DNA of 64,000 nucleotides from positions 92,135,057-92,199,056 of the forward strand of contig JARDVH010000084.1 in assembly GCA_030324005.1 (NCBI GenBank), in the 5' to 3' direction. The position numbers and the translations under genes are program-made. The notes under the pieces were generated by a model. That model had not been told where the DNA came from, did not search any database, and saw nothing but the letters and a program-made list of their open reading frames with translations. Source of the stretch: Negaprion brevirostris. Taxonomy: Eukaryota. Shown here one piece after another: positions 50,701 through 63,580 of this stretch (position 1 is its first letter; every line of letters begins with the position of its first letter).

Positions 50701-52599
50701 AATNNNNNNNNNNNNNNNNNNNNNNNNNNNNNNNNNNNNNNNNNNNNNNNNNNNNNNNNNNNNNNNNNNNNNNNNNNNNNNNNNNNNNNNNNNNNNNNNN
50801 NNNGGAGGAGGTGGCGGGGGGAGGGGGCGGGCGGGGGAGGCAATACGCGTCCTGTGAATGAGTAAATCATATTGTGGGACGGGACGTCATTCTGTAAAAA
50901 AAGAGGTCGGCAGCATAATGCTGAGCGTGCAAATGGGCTTGTGCCGGTCTGTCAATCAGTCAATCATCGCTAGCGTACCACCCAACTCACTTCACCCCAG
51001 CCCTCCCCTCGAAATAGCCAGTTTAATCAATAAGAGAGCATCCCACGTCTCACCTACGCAAGCCATCCTGTGGGAATCCAGCAACAGGCTCCTCGTTGAT
51101 GTCTCCGGCCATGCTATTCTGATGGTGATGTGGAGCGGCCCAGTGAAGCGCCCCCAAATGGTTCCTGGCCTCTCTTGAAGCCACAGCCTTGAGAGGCGGG
51201 GAGAGGGTGGCCGCATCCCAGTAAACTGGCATAAAGCTCTATTACCTTTGTTTCATTATAAATATGTTTCTGCCACAGTATCATGGCTGGTGTTTTCCAC
51301 ATTCCTGTACTTGGAATATCGCGTTCTGAGTTGCCGTAGAACTCTTCCTTTCCTATTTTGGGAGACGTCATACATCTTTTGTCCGCTCTATGGTGCCTTC
51401 TGACCCTGTGCATTGTCTTGTTTGTTTGGCAAGTGTGCTTGGAATACTACTATTTTACTGAGAACGTTCTTCCAAAATAAACAAACTGTCCTNNNNNNNN
51501 NNGAATGGACATTTGTTTCCTATGTCTAATTTTATGCACCCTGTGCGTCTTCTAAGGTCGTAAAAACGATTTCTGCCATCTAAAGATATCCGCAGACTGA
51601 CAAGCAAATGTTTTAAACGAAACCAAAACTCGCCTTTTTCGTAGTAAATCCCAAATGCAGAGAAAATCAAATCAACTTTACTTAAGACAGATGATTTTTT
51701 TTCTCTAGTAGCCAGTGTCAGCATCTGTGATATGGTCAGCAATAATTTTCTGTCCTGGTTTGATCCCCACAGTCACCCTCAAGCGATCTGAAATGGATAG
51801 GCGAAGTTCAGGTGTCCAGAAGTGGGTGGAGTTGCAAGGAGAAATTTTGATATCAGCTCCCTCCGATGCTACCTACAATCTTCTCCATCTTTTGTTTTCC
51901 CCCTTCATCTTATCGTTTCCGAGCACTGACATATAGGCACTATCTGCTCAGCTGCATTACATTGCGAATCATCTTCTGATTTCATTGATTTGCGAGAACC
52001 TCCTCATCCTCCTGCATTCATTTTATGTTCCAATGTGCATAAAAAGTAGAAGTGATTGTTCAACACATGACAATATAAGAATGTGTTTCATATTGGCAGC
52101 AGTGTGCATGATTGCACAGCGCTTATCTGAATGCATTTCCGAAGTTAGCAAATCACATATCGCCATTAATGCATGAAACTGAATAAAACGTGTAATGTCA
52201 TAGTTCTAACAGGGTTTAGACGAAATGTTTCAATTTTCAGACGCTCTGACAAAAAAAACGGATGGGCAATTATATTTAAAATGTTAAGGCAAATTTAAAA
52301 GGAATAACTGTTATATCACGTTAAAATATCGAGAGGACAATCGTATACCACATAATATGAACTTATCTCTAGCAGCTTTTAATGCACGTTTGCAATGCAA
52401 TTTCGTCCAGATTCACCGTAACTTCCAATAACCATGGAATTTCAGATGATATTCGACCGTTTCGATAGGTTTGGCAATACATTGGTGAAACCAGTCTGAA
52501 ACAGTTCTTTTCTGAATGGTGCCACACATTCTCAGGATTTTCTTCACAAAAGGTGTTGTGGATCACAAAGTTAGATTAGAGGAAGGATAATAAATTCAT

Positions 52600-52850
52600 T
52601 GAAACATAGAGTCATATAATCCCTACAGTGCAGAAGCAGGGCATCGTTTCATACAGCCTGCACCGACAACAATCCACCATGGTCTTATCTTCATGATCTT
52701 ACATATTTATCCGACTAATCCGTTGACACTTAGGGACAATCTACCATGCCGAAGCAAAATGACATGCACATTTGTTGATAGTGGAAGGAAACCACAGCTC
52801 CCAGAGGAAAACCACGCAGACGCGCAGAGAAACTTGCAAACTCCACAAAA
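52600..52850 (-). mobile_element. HE1-type SINE
   Basis: aatccctacagtgcagaagcaggg...ctgcaccgacaacaatcc...gtggaaggaaaccacag...cacgcagac...tgcaaactccaca. Confidence 0.85.
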
Positions 52851-53877
52851 TATTACACTATTGCATGACAGAATGTCCCAGTGAAATATTGTGCTAATGT
52901 TTGCTTCTCTATTTTCATAGGTTTTTGCCCTATATGTGTCCTGTATCAGAAAGTATCCCATATTAGTGTCATCAGGTTGCATCATTTTTTCCTTGCTTTC
53001 TATTCAATTTATGCCACATTATAGTAATATAAAGAACATGGCTGGTGGACGACGTCGACGTATTCCAAATGCGGAAAAGGAGAACTGAAAAAATATACAG
53101 TCAATTGAATTTAAAATTTTGAAAATGCGAGGCAAGATTGATGTCCCAGGATTTGTGCTACGATTTTTAAATAAACATGTGTCTATTCCATGCCAAAATT
53201 AACAACATTAGAGGTGTATTTACCCACAGGAAATAATGTCCACAGGAAATATGCTGTATAATTAGGCTTATCCAGTTCTTTCTCCATTTAGTTAATTGTT
53301 TTCAGATATACACGTCTCCACAAACGTTCATGAAGTCGCATATGTGGATTGAACANNNNNNNNNCACAATCTAGTGACAGTTAACAGGCCCGAGAGACAA
53401 CTGTCATTGAGGTTACTTCTGGGGCAGAACAATCTGTTTTCTTTTTCTCTGGAACACTTTCATTAGAGGCACGACGTTCTGGGGGGGAAAAAAAAATCAA
53501 CCTTTCCAACTGTTGGCTGAGGTTTCACAAAGGGACAGTAGCATGGATTGAATATGTACCATATACTATTTTTCCCTCTAATCTTCAATTATCAGATGAA
53601 GCGCCTTCTGAAGACGACATTTATTACCTTGAATTAGAATTTTAGACTGTAACCGCAATGTTCATAAATTCCTCGCTCTGTAACCCTCCCAAAACTTATT
53701 CAAAGCTATGTTATTGTATTCCTTCATGTTATCAACATCAAAGCGCTGCCGCCAACTTTAAGCCAATTATATCATCTTACCTTCAGCAAGATAAAATACG
53801 AACACATTCAAGTGACTTTTCCAGCGACGTATTCCCTAATATGCTTCACTATGTCATCCATTGTAGTACAATGTATA

Positions 53878-54145
53878 GTGGGCAGTACGTTTCCACAGTG
53901 ATGAGAACTGTTGCCTCATCGGGCGACGCACCCGGTTCCATTCCCGTCCTGTGCCACTGTTTGTGCACAGGTTGCGCATTTTCCTCGTGTCTGAGTCGGC
54001 AAGACGTGCTGGTTCGACGCATTGTTCAGTTTGAGAATTCGCTGATTATACAAGAGCAGGCGCAGTAGTGTGACAACTAGGGGATTATCACAATAGTTTC
54101 ATTGTAGTGGTAATTAAAGTCGACTTGTGAAACCATTAAATAAAA
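53878..54145 (+). mobile_element. tRNA-derived SINE (HE1-like head, alternative tail)
   Basis: gggcagtacgtttccacagtg...cccggttccattccc...caggcgcagtagtgtgacaactagggga...cttgtga...taaataaa. Confidence 0.75.
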
Positions 54146-54548
54146 CGGAAAATAGAAATACGTCCCATCTCTAATTCACGAGGAGTGATTGTATTAGTGT
54201 TAACATTATACGAAAATTTCCAGAAACTCCGAAATCCTGTCGACAGCAGACTCTGTAGACTCCTGAAGAAGGCTGACGGTGTATTTTGCTTTTTGCCTCC
54301 CGTGTTTCGCTGGTATTCCAGAGAAAAAAAAAATGCAAAAAGAAAGCGGGAAACAAGTCACTAATCTTGAGAGGCACATATTTGCTGACCCTCTGACCAA
54401 TTGTTGAAGATTTTTACGAACTATTGTTGCCCCGTTTCTGCAAGATACTCTGCGTCCAAGTAATTTTGTCTGGTTACACACCACCTTCTTTTGTTATCGG
54501 TTGTGCAAAGGCTTCCCCTTGTTTGCTTTTGCTTAAAGCTAATCATAC

Positions 54549-54659
54549 ACTTGCAGAAAATATTTTAAATCAATTCCAAAACTTGCACAAATATCAACAG
54601 ATATCTTGCCATAATGGCACCAACAAAATATTTCTGTTTGTTTGTTACTTGATTCATTG
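54549..54659 (-). pseudogene. P3 transmembrane exon
   Basis: atctcag|CAATG...AAGT|gtatga, 111 nt, phase 1-1; AMNQVTNKQKYFVGAIMARYLLIFVQVLELI*NIFCK. Confidence 0.8.
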
Positions 54660-55059
54660 CTGAGATATAATAAAAAATGTAAATACAGAAAAATAACCAA
54701 AACAATTTGGCTATTGAAGGTAGATAATGAGTATGAACAGATAAACGATGGACTCTAAAATAACGTTATCATTGCAAACTGATTATTTTACCGAATTCAT
54801 TCTTCGGCATCTGGCCTTTTGAAAACAAAATCACCCAAAATACATTAAGGGCAAAGACTATTTTGAATAAATGCAGACAGATATGTCTACTCTGTATTTA
54901 ACAAATGCCGAATACGCCAAATTCCACAAGGTTTTGTCGTATTATTCTGGAAACCCCTTAAACCCAGAGAAATTGTTATTGATTTATTTAACCTAGTTGC
55001 GCTATTATTAAATTTAATTTTTGTTCGACTGCAATCATTGATTTTTTTAAAAAATTGTG

Positions 55060-56105
55060 CCGATCAAATGACACTTGTATTACCAATTTTGTGACTACGT
55101 TCAACATGTGATTTGAATCCTTCAATTGATTGCCATTTATATTGATATTTTGGATGACCATAGCGGAGGCATGGTTAGTAAGCTTGAAATGATACCAATA
55201 CTGGTGGCATAGTGGTCAGTGAAAAAAAGTTATCTCCAATTGCAACGGGTTCTTGATCTTTTGGGCCAGCGGGCTGACGAATGACAGATGGAGTTTAATT
55301 TTGATGTATTTTTGATTGATTGAACTAGGGCAGGACTTACTTAGTTAATGGTACGGCTTTGGGCTGAGTTAACAAATAAAAAGATCTAGGGGTACATGTT
55401 CATAGCTCCTTGCAAGAAAGGTGAGTCACAGCCGGACAGATTGGCGAAGAAGGCATTCAGCATGCTTGGTTACATCGGTCAGAAAATCGAATTCAGGAAT
55501 TGGGAAGCCGTGTTGTTGAAGTACAAGAAATTGGTAAGGCCACACTTGGAATGCCGTGTACAGTTCTGGTCGCCCTATTATAGAAAGTGCGTTATTAATA
55601 GAAACAGTGCAGAAAAAAAAATACGAGGATGGCACTCGGACTTGACTTTTTGAGTTATAAAAAGAGGTTGGAAAGACTGAGACATTTTTTTCCCTCTGGA
55701 ACGTAGAAGGCTAAGGGGCGATCTTACAGAGTTCTATGAAATAATGAGGTGCACAGATCAGCTTGATAGTCAATATCTTTTCCCAAAGGTAGGTGAGTCT
55801 AAAACAAAAGGACATAGATTTAAAGTGAGATGGGAGAGATGCAAAAGTGTCCAGAGGGGCATTGTTTTCACTCAGAGGGCAGTGAGAGTCTGGAACAAGC
55901 TGTCAGAGCTAGTGGTAGATGCGGGTACAACGTTCTACTTAAAAAAAACATTTAAACAGTTACATGGGCAAGATGGGTACAGAGGGATATGGGCCACATG
56001 CGGAAATTGATAGTAGTTTAGGGATTTAAGTAAAAAAGATGACGTGGACAAGTTGGGCCGAAGGGCCTGTTTCCATGTTGTGAGCCTCTATGACTCTATG
56101 ACTAT
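55060..56105 (+). mobile_element. CR1-type LINE RT and 3' end inserted in the P3 Ig region
   Basis: KYKKLVRPHLECRVQFWSPYYRK; SKTKGHRFKVR; VFTQRAVRVWNKL; tail with ctatgact repeats. Confidence 0.95.
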
Positions 56106-56932
56106 AATGCTTTCTGAATCGCTTGTTAACTCCTTGTCAGCAATATAATCACTGCCATTCTGAGCGAAATAATCGGATACAGTTTACAACGATCGACAAT
56201 ATATCCGGCCGGGAAAATATGAGGGCAGCCAAGAAAATTAAATTGACAACGGTGGTTTTCCCACACAACAAGCACGCTCCACTGCTGTGGTACCTTTCCC
56301 ACCGCAGATGGTCGGGAGAGCCTTTCGGAATTCGTGCTCAACTCTTCCCAATGTCTGATGTTGTCCTCTCGGCATCCTCACTTAAAACAGACGGATTTTC
56401 AAAGCAATGGGACAATGGGAAGCTGGAAGACTCACTTCCAATGTGGAGTTAAGAGGTCAGCGCTTTGGTAGCTGAAGCAGGGGATCTTTGCAGAGAACTA
56501 ATGAGAACCAGCAGGAACGAATACGATGCAACAATATTAAAGGGGGTTAGAAAAATGGTTAAAAATAGAAGTGCATGTTCGCTATCTACACTTGGCCAAC
56601 AACACCAGTGCCCAATCGGTGCAATTGAACTCGCCTCACTATCCCAAAACAGTTTTCTAACTATCGGTCTACCAATGATCCACATCATAAGTTAAGGCAG
56701 ACTTGTTTGCTACGCTCCATTGTCTGCGATTATTCTGACTGGCGTCCTCTGCGGCTCCAGGGCCGAAAATTCTCCGATTTTTTTGGGGTACTGGGCAGTG
56801 TTGTCATCATTCTCTTCGGTGAGCGAGTTTGGAACTGGAACGGTTAAATAAATTATGGAGTCAGATATCCCACAGCCTGTTGGCTGGAAGGACCGGACGT
56901 GCAAAACAGCCTCGACGCTTCCCTGGTGTGTT

Positions 56933-57051
56933 GAACATAAGAAAATAAGAAGTAGGAGCAGGAGTAGGCCATCCAGCCCTTCGAGCCTGCCCCGCCATTC
57001 AATACGATCATGGCTGATCTGTCGTGGCTCAGTTCCACATTCCCGCCCTCT
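56933..57051 (-). mobile_element. Young CR1/HER1-type LINE 3' end
   Basis: gaacataagaaaataagaagtaggagcaggagtaggccatccagcccttcgagcctgccccgccattcaatacgatcatggctgatct. Confidence 0.95.
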
Positions 57052-57139
57052 NNNNNNNNNNNNNNNNNNNNNNNNNNNNNNNNNNNNNNNNNNNNNNNNN
57101 NNNNNNNNNNNNNNNNNNNNNNNNNNNNNNNNNNNNNNC

Positions 57140-57490
57140 ACTTGTTTATCCATTCATGGGACTTGGGCATCACTGGCTGGCGAAAATTTATTATCCAACC
57201 CTGGATGCCCAAAGACACATGAGCGGCAAACGTTTTGCTGTGGCTCTGGGTTCACATGCATATCAAAACGGATAAGGGCGCAGATTTCCTCACCTAAAGG
57301 AAATTAATGAACGAGTTGTGTTTTGTGGACAATCAACAATTCTTCATGGGCATAAGTAGATTCTTAATTCCAGATATTTGTTCTTATATTCAAAATCCAA
57401 CAGTTGCGTTAGCGGGACTCGTACCCGTGAACTTCGAAGTTAAGCTGAGTTTTAGGTTTAATCATCTCGGCATAATGCCACTGGGACACT
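57140..57490 (-). mobile_element. SINE/LINE-tail composite repeat (degenerate)
   Basis: tgggcatcactggctgg...atttattatccaaccct...gctgtggctctggg...cagatttcctcacctaaagg; related to ~32530-32720. Confidence 0.6.
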
Positions 57491-58839
57491 TGACGGGCTG
57501 GCTTAAATGTAAGACGTTGGAGCTATTCAAGTTATCCTTGCGATCTGAGGAGGATTGCGAATATCTGTTCTTGACCTTCACCCGGAGGCCCAGCGACCCG
57601 AGATGCAGGTCAAGAGACATGTCAAATTACTCCGGCGCATCAGATGCTGCCTAGTTGCCCTCCAAATGCCAGATCACTGTCTTTGCTTGTTGTTCTCTAT
57701 TGACACGCTCCACTGCGGTATGCTTCTGAACTGGTTAAGGGTCCCTCCGTTTGCGGTCGCCTTTCTTCAGGTTGCACAGCTGTGAATTTGGCAGAACTTA
57801 CGAGTGGGCTGCTCTGGTATGCTCAGACTGAACCGTTTTGTGGCTGCAACCTCCCTGTGCCTGCATTGGAAGGCAGATAGGTTGAGCTCATGGGAGTGTC
57901 ACAGTTAGGGAAGTGATAGCGTTCTCTCGAGTTTCAAAAGCCCTCACTTGCGTTTCTCTTGCTCATTTCCAACTAAACAAAGGACCAGCTGTGTCGCTCG
58001 GCGACAAGCAGTGCGGTTTTCTCAGACTTCATGAGTTGTTTCAAATCGATCGTCTCTCCGCCCGTTTCCTGCCCTCTCCGGGCTATGGGGAGCGCTCCTT
58101 TCCTTCAAGGGAACAGATGGGGAGAGTGCAAGGCGGCCGTGCGGCAAGTGGGCGTCCGTGAGTGGGTGAGCAGAAGTCAATCAGGCTCGTGACTTACCCT
58201 GGATTAACGGAGAAGGTCATTTATCCCCTACCTGCAAGGCACTGTTGAACTCGTGTGCGGAAAGTTGACACACCGATGCTGTGTTAGTGACATTTCTGGA
58301 ATGCCGTTTCCCTGGCCTCTTGTAAAGATTCCAGAACATGCTTCCCATGCCATCCAGCATTCAGACCAGCTGCTGGCTTCAATGCTTCTGTGCGGCCTTT
58401 CGTGGAGGAATCGTTTCTTTTGGATGAGCAATACATGCTGGGAAGGCATTTATGTGGAACTCCCCAATAATTGAAACATCCAGCCTGAAGGCAGGCCAGA
58501 GAATGGGAGTCCACCTGCGTGGCCTGAAACCTAGGAACCATGCTGAATCGGGTTCAATGTTATGTAATGCATCATCGAAACTAACGGATGCGACGTGCCA
58601 CGACAATGGAAAGCAAATCAAGCAACATATCAGGTATCCCATCAGTGATAATACAAAACTAGTCTTTTCAAATTGTTGATGACGAAGAACATATTAACAT
58701 CCACGCACAGTATCTGATTGTCATCCACTCGAAGACAGCCACACTTCAAGTTTTCAGCTCTTTCATGGGAAGGGTGTCTATCATTTGAAGTGGCTGAAGA
58801 TGGCGAGAATAACATCCCAGTTTTAGACACAACTTCCAT

Positions 58840-59090
58840 GTTTTAGGCACCGCAATCCACACCCCAAACACTCTCTTAGTAAAGAATCTTCCTCGGACAT
58901 CCCTCCTGCATCTCCCACCATGAACCTTACAGTTATGCTCCCGAGTAGCAGCTACATCCACTTGAGGACATAATTTCTGCACGTCCCCTGTACCAATCCC
59001 CCTCATCGTCTTATAAACCTCCATCAAATCACCTCACTTCCTCCTCCGCTCTAAAGAGAAAAGTCCCATCTCCCTCAATCTTTTCCCATC
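58840..59090 (-). mobile_element. CR1-type LINE fragment
   Basis: MEVYKTMRGIG...TREHNCKVHGGRCRRDVRGRFFTKRVFGVW in ORF track. Confidence 0.9.
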
Positions 59091-59399
59091 TCTATTTCGC
59101 ATCTACATTTATTTGGAGTATATGAGGGCCGCAGTAAAACATGAACTTCAGTTGATATTCTGAAAGACGTGAACATCGTCGATATTATCGACTGTGTATT
59201 ACAGTCTGTACCTACTCACTCATTAAACAATTCAACACATATTGGATCCTAAAATGGTCGCGCTGAATTACATAAATTGAATCAAATATTTCTAAGTCGA
59301 ACNNNNNNNNNNNNNNNNNNNNNNNNNNNNNNNNNNNNNNNNNNNNNNNNNNNNNNNNNNNNNNNNNNNNNNNNNNNNNNNNNNNNNNNNNNNGATCCA

Positions 59400-59495
59400 C
59401 TTCACATCGGTCATGATCTTATTGAATGGCGGGGCAGGCTCAAGGGTCTAGATGGCCTACTCTTTCTCCTATTTCTATGTTCTTATGTTCTTCTG
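59400..59495 (+). mobile_element. Young CR1/HER1-type LINE tail
   Basis: catgatcttattgaatggcggggcaggctcaagggtctagatggcctac...tatgttcttatgttct. Confidence 0.9.
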
Positions 59496-60199
59496 TGATG
59501 TGATTAATTGACTTATTCTTGTGTAACCTGAACTTATTCCTGGCCGTTCTCGCTCTGCTCAAACAGACACATGAAATCATTAGTCCTTTCAAAGCTGGAA
59601 GCGCATTACAGATCCATAGAAATTTCAAGCGACGGGCCATTCATTTTGATCTTATTAAAAGACAAATCGTAGTCTTGGAAAAAAGCACCCTGCATGCTCA
59701 AACTACCATCACTTCAGCGTTTATTTCAGATTCCGAGAATCTGCAATATTTTGCTTTTCAAATTCTCTTGAGTGTTTTCGAGTATTGTTGGAGCTACCCA
59801 TGACAACCATAGCGCTTGCACAGCTGTTGTAGTTCAGTATATGGTCAAGAACAGCCCCAAGAATGCAATAACGGTGATTTCAGCGATTGTATTGTCACTG
59901 AATCTCAATGGATGGAGACTATGTGTTTTCTCTTCGTGGAGCAGTGGTTTGCTTCCCAATACTGTGGCGCGAATTGTACTTTTCAATTGCCAGCCAAAGA
60001 AAGCAAACTCAAGAAAACGTGAACTTCACTTGGCCATGTTGAAAACCTTGATAATCGTGGACGATTACCACCCTTTATATAGAACATAAGGACTGACTCA
60101 TTCAACAATGCAATATCGTATTATGATAGTAATTGCCAGAGCAGCACTTTGGAGTGATTACAGCCAATTAGCACAAACATTTGTAGTTGTTGCGTAGGG

Positions 60200-60650
60200 T
60201 CAGTCATCTCTGCACGAATCCGTGAGGGTAGTTTTCTAGCCCCAACAAGCTTCAGCTGTATCATGAATATCCTTCCCTCCATCATAAGGTCAGATGTCGG
60301 GATGTTCTCCAAAGATTGTACGACGTTCAGCAAAAATTGGTGACTGCTTAGATACTCAGTCCATTTCAAATGCAACAAGGTCTGAACAATATCCAAGGTT
60401 GTGCTGACAAGTGGCAAGGCACATTCGCGCCTCACATATTCCACCCTTTAACAATCACCAATGAAAGGCACTCTAACCACAGCCCCTTGACAGTCAATGG
60501 TATTTCCATCACTGATTCCCCCACTGCCAACATCTTTAGGGTTACCATTAATGAGAAACTCAACTGGACTCACCACATAAACACAGTGGCTACAAGAGCA
60601 GGTTAGTGCTTGGAAATAGTGTGGCGAGTAACAGAACTCTCAACTCCACA
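60200..60650 (+). mobile_element. L2/Crack-like LINE RT fragment
   Basis: MQQGLNNIQGCADKWQGTFAPH...NIFRVTINEKLNWTHHINTVATRAG. Confidence 0.85.
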
Positions 60651-62134
60651 AAATGGCAGCTTGAGGCTATTCAGGCTCACTCCTTAATAGTAGATTGTCG
60701 GTGGATGGTAGGTACCATTTTGTGGAGATGACAAATGGAACAAGAAGTGATTAACTTCGAAGCTTCCAAGACTCTAATCTGCTATTCTATCCACAGTATT
60801 TACAGTACTGGCATTGTTCAGTTTTTAGTCAAGATCGACCCCAAAGTTTTTTTTTTATATAGTGGAGAATTCAGCAATTGTATTGCAACTTTGTTTCAAT
60901 GGATGACGGTTCTGCATTTGGCTTCTTGGATTGATGTGCTGAACCACAATTCTGTGGCGAAATGCTACTTGCCAATTGTCAGGTCAAACTGGGAAAATCT
61001 TTACTTTTGCTGATAAACTTGAAAGTCTTGATCACCTCAGACAAATACACTACTTTGGTACAGTTTGTGACCACTCAGTCATTGTATTTTGTTTTTCTTT
61101 TGTTAGCGGGAATGGTCCAGCAAAACTATAATCATGAGAGTCAACTGAATTAAGTATTTGTAAATTGAACAGATAGATCAATTACACAGAATGACTGGAT
61201 GCATGTTCTACAAGTCAATTGAAGCTCGCACCAAGAGCAATTGCAGTCAATACCACTAAAGACAAAAATTTACGAGTCGAGATAAGGGTAAAGTGCAACA
61301 TATTTTTGTATTGAAGATGTCTTATTTAAAAATAACCTCCAAAATATTAACGGTGATATTGAAGCACATTTTGTTTATTAGAAGAAGAGATGCACGCAAA
61401 GTTGACGTCTCCATATGTTACCTGGTATTCTGTTCATCTCGTCTCGGTCTGTTCAAATGGAGAAGTAAAGCTAATTAATCTTTCCAAACCTTGAAACATA
61501 CGACTGAACATTAGAAAATTTCATTCACCTTAATCAACAAGTCGTTTTCTTTTCAGGAAGCCAATTTCGGCTCAAAATTCCAACACATCTCTTAATTGAA
61601 AAAAAATCTTTAAATTTAGTACCCTGCTTTCAGTCTTGCCAAAATTAAATTATTGTGATGGGCAGCTAATGGAAAGTAATGATTTGAAATTTAAAAACGC
61701 TATTTATTTTCTGCCCCCGAACCCGCCGCCCCCGCCACCCCCCCCCCGTCCCCGTTTTGTTGGGTAATGGCGTGTGCTTTAAATTAGGAATCCCTCCTTC
61801 TGCTAAAAGATAATACGAAATTATACGCACTTTGTGCACATTTGTGAGAAGTAGTGTTTGCAGGCTGTACCAAAAATACAATGTTCCTCAGAAGGTGGAC
61901 CTCACTTGCATCTATGAAACCCAGCAGACCATGCAGTGTACGTACAGCCATGTTACTGATAACGAGCGTATTCTATGAATTTGGCACAGTGAATTTAATA
62001 GCGCGACAATGTCGTTTTTTTTCTGCATGGGATNNNNNNNNNNNNNNNNNNNNNNNNNNNNNNNNNNNNNNNNNNNNNNNNNNNNNNNNNNNNNNNNNNN
62101 NNNNNNNNNNNNNNNNNNNNNNNNNNNNNNNNNC

Positions 62135-63580
62135 ATCAAATGTGATGCCACTGTTTAAAAAAAGTAGGGAGACAAAAGGCGGGTAACCACAGGCGGGTTA
62201 GCTTAACTTCTGTAGTAGGGAAAATGCTTGACTCTATTATCAAGGAAGAAATAGTGAGACAGCTGGATAGAAATTGTCCCATTGGGAAGATGTAGCATTG
62301 GTTCATGAAGGACAGGTCGTGTTTGACTAATATGATGGAATTCTTTGAAGACGTTACATGCGTGGTGGACAATGGGGAGCCTGTAATATATCTGGATTTT
62401 CAGGAGGCAGTTGACGAGGTGCCGCATCAAAGACTGCTGCATAAGTTAAAGGTGCAGCTGATATGGGTATGTATTAGCATGGATAAAGATTGGTTAGCTA
62501 ACAGAAAGCAAAGGTTGGGGGCAAATGGGTGTCTTTCTGGATGACGATGAGTGACTAGTAGTGTGCCTCAGGGATCAGTGTTGGGACTGCAATTGTTTGA
62601 AATTTACATAGATAATTTGGAGTTGGGGACCAAGTGTAGTGTGTTTAAAATTTGAAGATGACAGTAAGATGAGTGGCAGGGCAAAGTCTGCAGAGGATGT
62701 TGAAAGCCTGCAGAGGATGTTGAAAGTCTGCGTGAGTGGGCAAGGGTCTGGCAGATGGAGTATGATGTTGGTAAATATGAAGTCATCCATTTTGGTAGGA
62801 ATAACAGCAAAACAGACTATTATTTAAGTGATAAAAAATTGCAGCATGTTGCTGTGCAGAGGGATCTGGGTGTCCTTGTGCATGATTCACAAGAATTTGG
62901 TTTGCAGGTGCAGCAGATAATTAAGAAGGCCAATTGAATTTTGTCCTTCAACGCTAGAGGGATGGAGTTTAAAAACATTGAAATTATGTTGCAGCTGTAT
63001 AAGATGCTGCTGAGGCCACACCTGGAGTACTGTTATACAGTTTTGGTCTCCTTACTCGAGAAAGGATGTACTCACATTAGAGGGGGTGCAGAGGAGATTC
63101 AATAGGTTGATTCCAGAGTTGAGAGGGTTGGCTTATGAGAAGGGACTGAGTAGACTGGACTGTACTCATTGGAATTCAGAAGAATGAGGGGAGATCTTAT
63201 AGAAACATATAAAATCATTATATCTTTATAGATAAGATAGAAATAAGGAGGTTGTTTCCACTGGCAGGTGAAACTAGAACTAGGGGCATGGCCTCAAAAT
63301 AAGGGGAAGCAGATTTAGGACTGAGTTGATGAGGAGCTTCATCACCCAAAGGGTTGTGAATCTGTGGAAGTCCCTGCCCAGTGAAGCAATTAAGACTACC
63401 TCGTTGAATATTTATAACGCAAATATAGATAGATTTTTGAACAGTAAAGTGTTATGGTGAGCGGGCGGGTAAATGGAGCTGAATCCACGAAAAGATCAGT
63501 CATGTTCTTATTTGATGGTGGAGCAGGCTCGAAGAGTCAGATGGCCCACTCCTGCTCCTAGTTCTTATGTTCTCGTGTTC
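62135..63580 (+). mobile_element. CR1/HER1-type LINE RT and 3' end (relatively young)
   Basis: RSCLTNMMEFFEDVT; IYLDFQEAVDEVPHQRLL; VPQGSVLG; FEDDSKM; LLRPHLEYC; tail gttcttatgttct. Confidence 0.95.

Larger units (their letters stand above)
44920..56560 (-). pseudogene. P3: disabled leader-IgV-TM-RNF213-N-arm-like receptor gene
   Basis: Leader donor gtgagt ~56435; V from 56381 (IGKS...PDHLRWER; GYIVDRCKLYP; NGSDYI) cut by a LINE; TM 54659-54549; exon C 52012-50991 (AFGIYY, RLWLQE, ETWDALLLIKL); 46925-46757; D 46507-46300 (RHFGNVV); E ~45720-45575; 45359-45324; F 45178-~44920. Confidence 0.8.
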
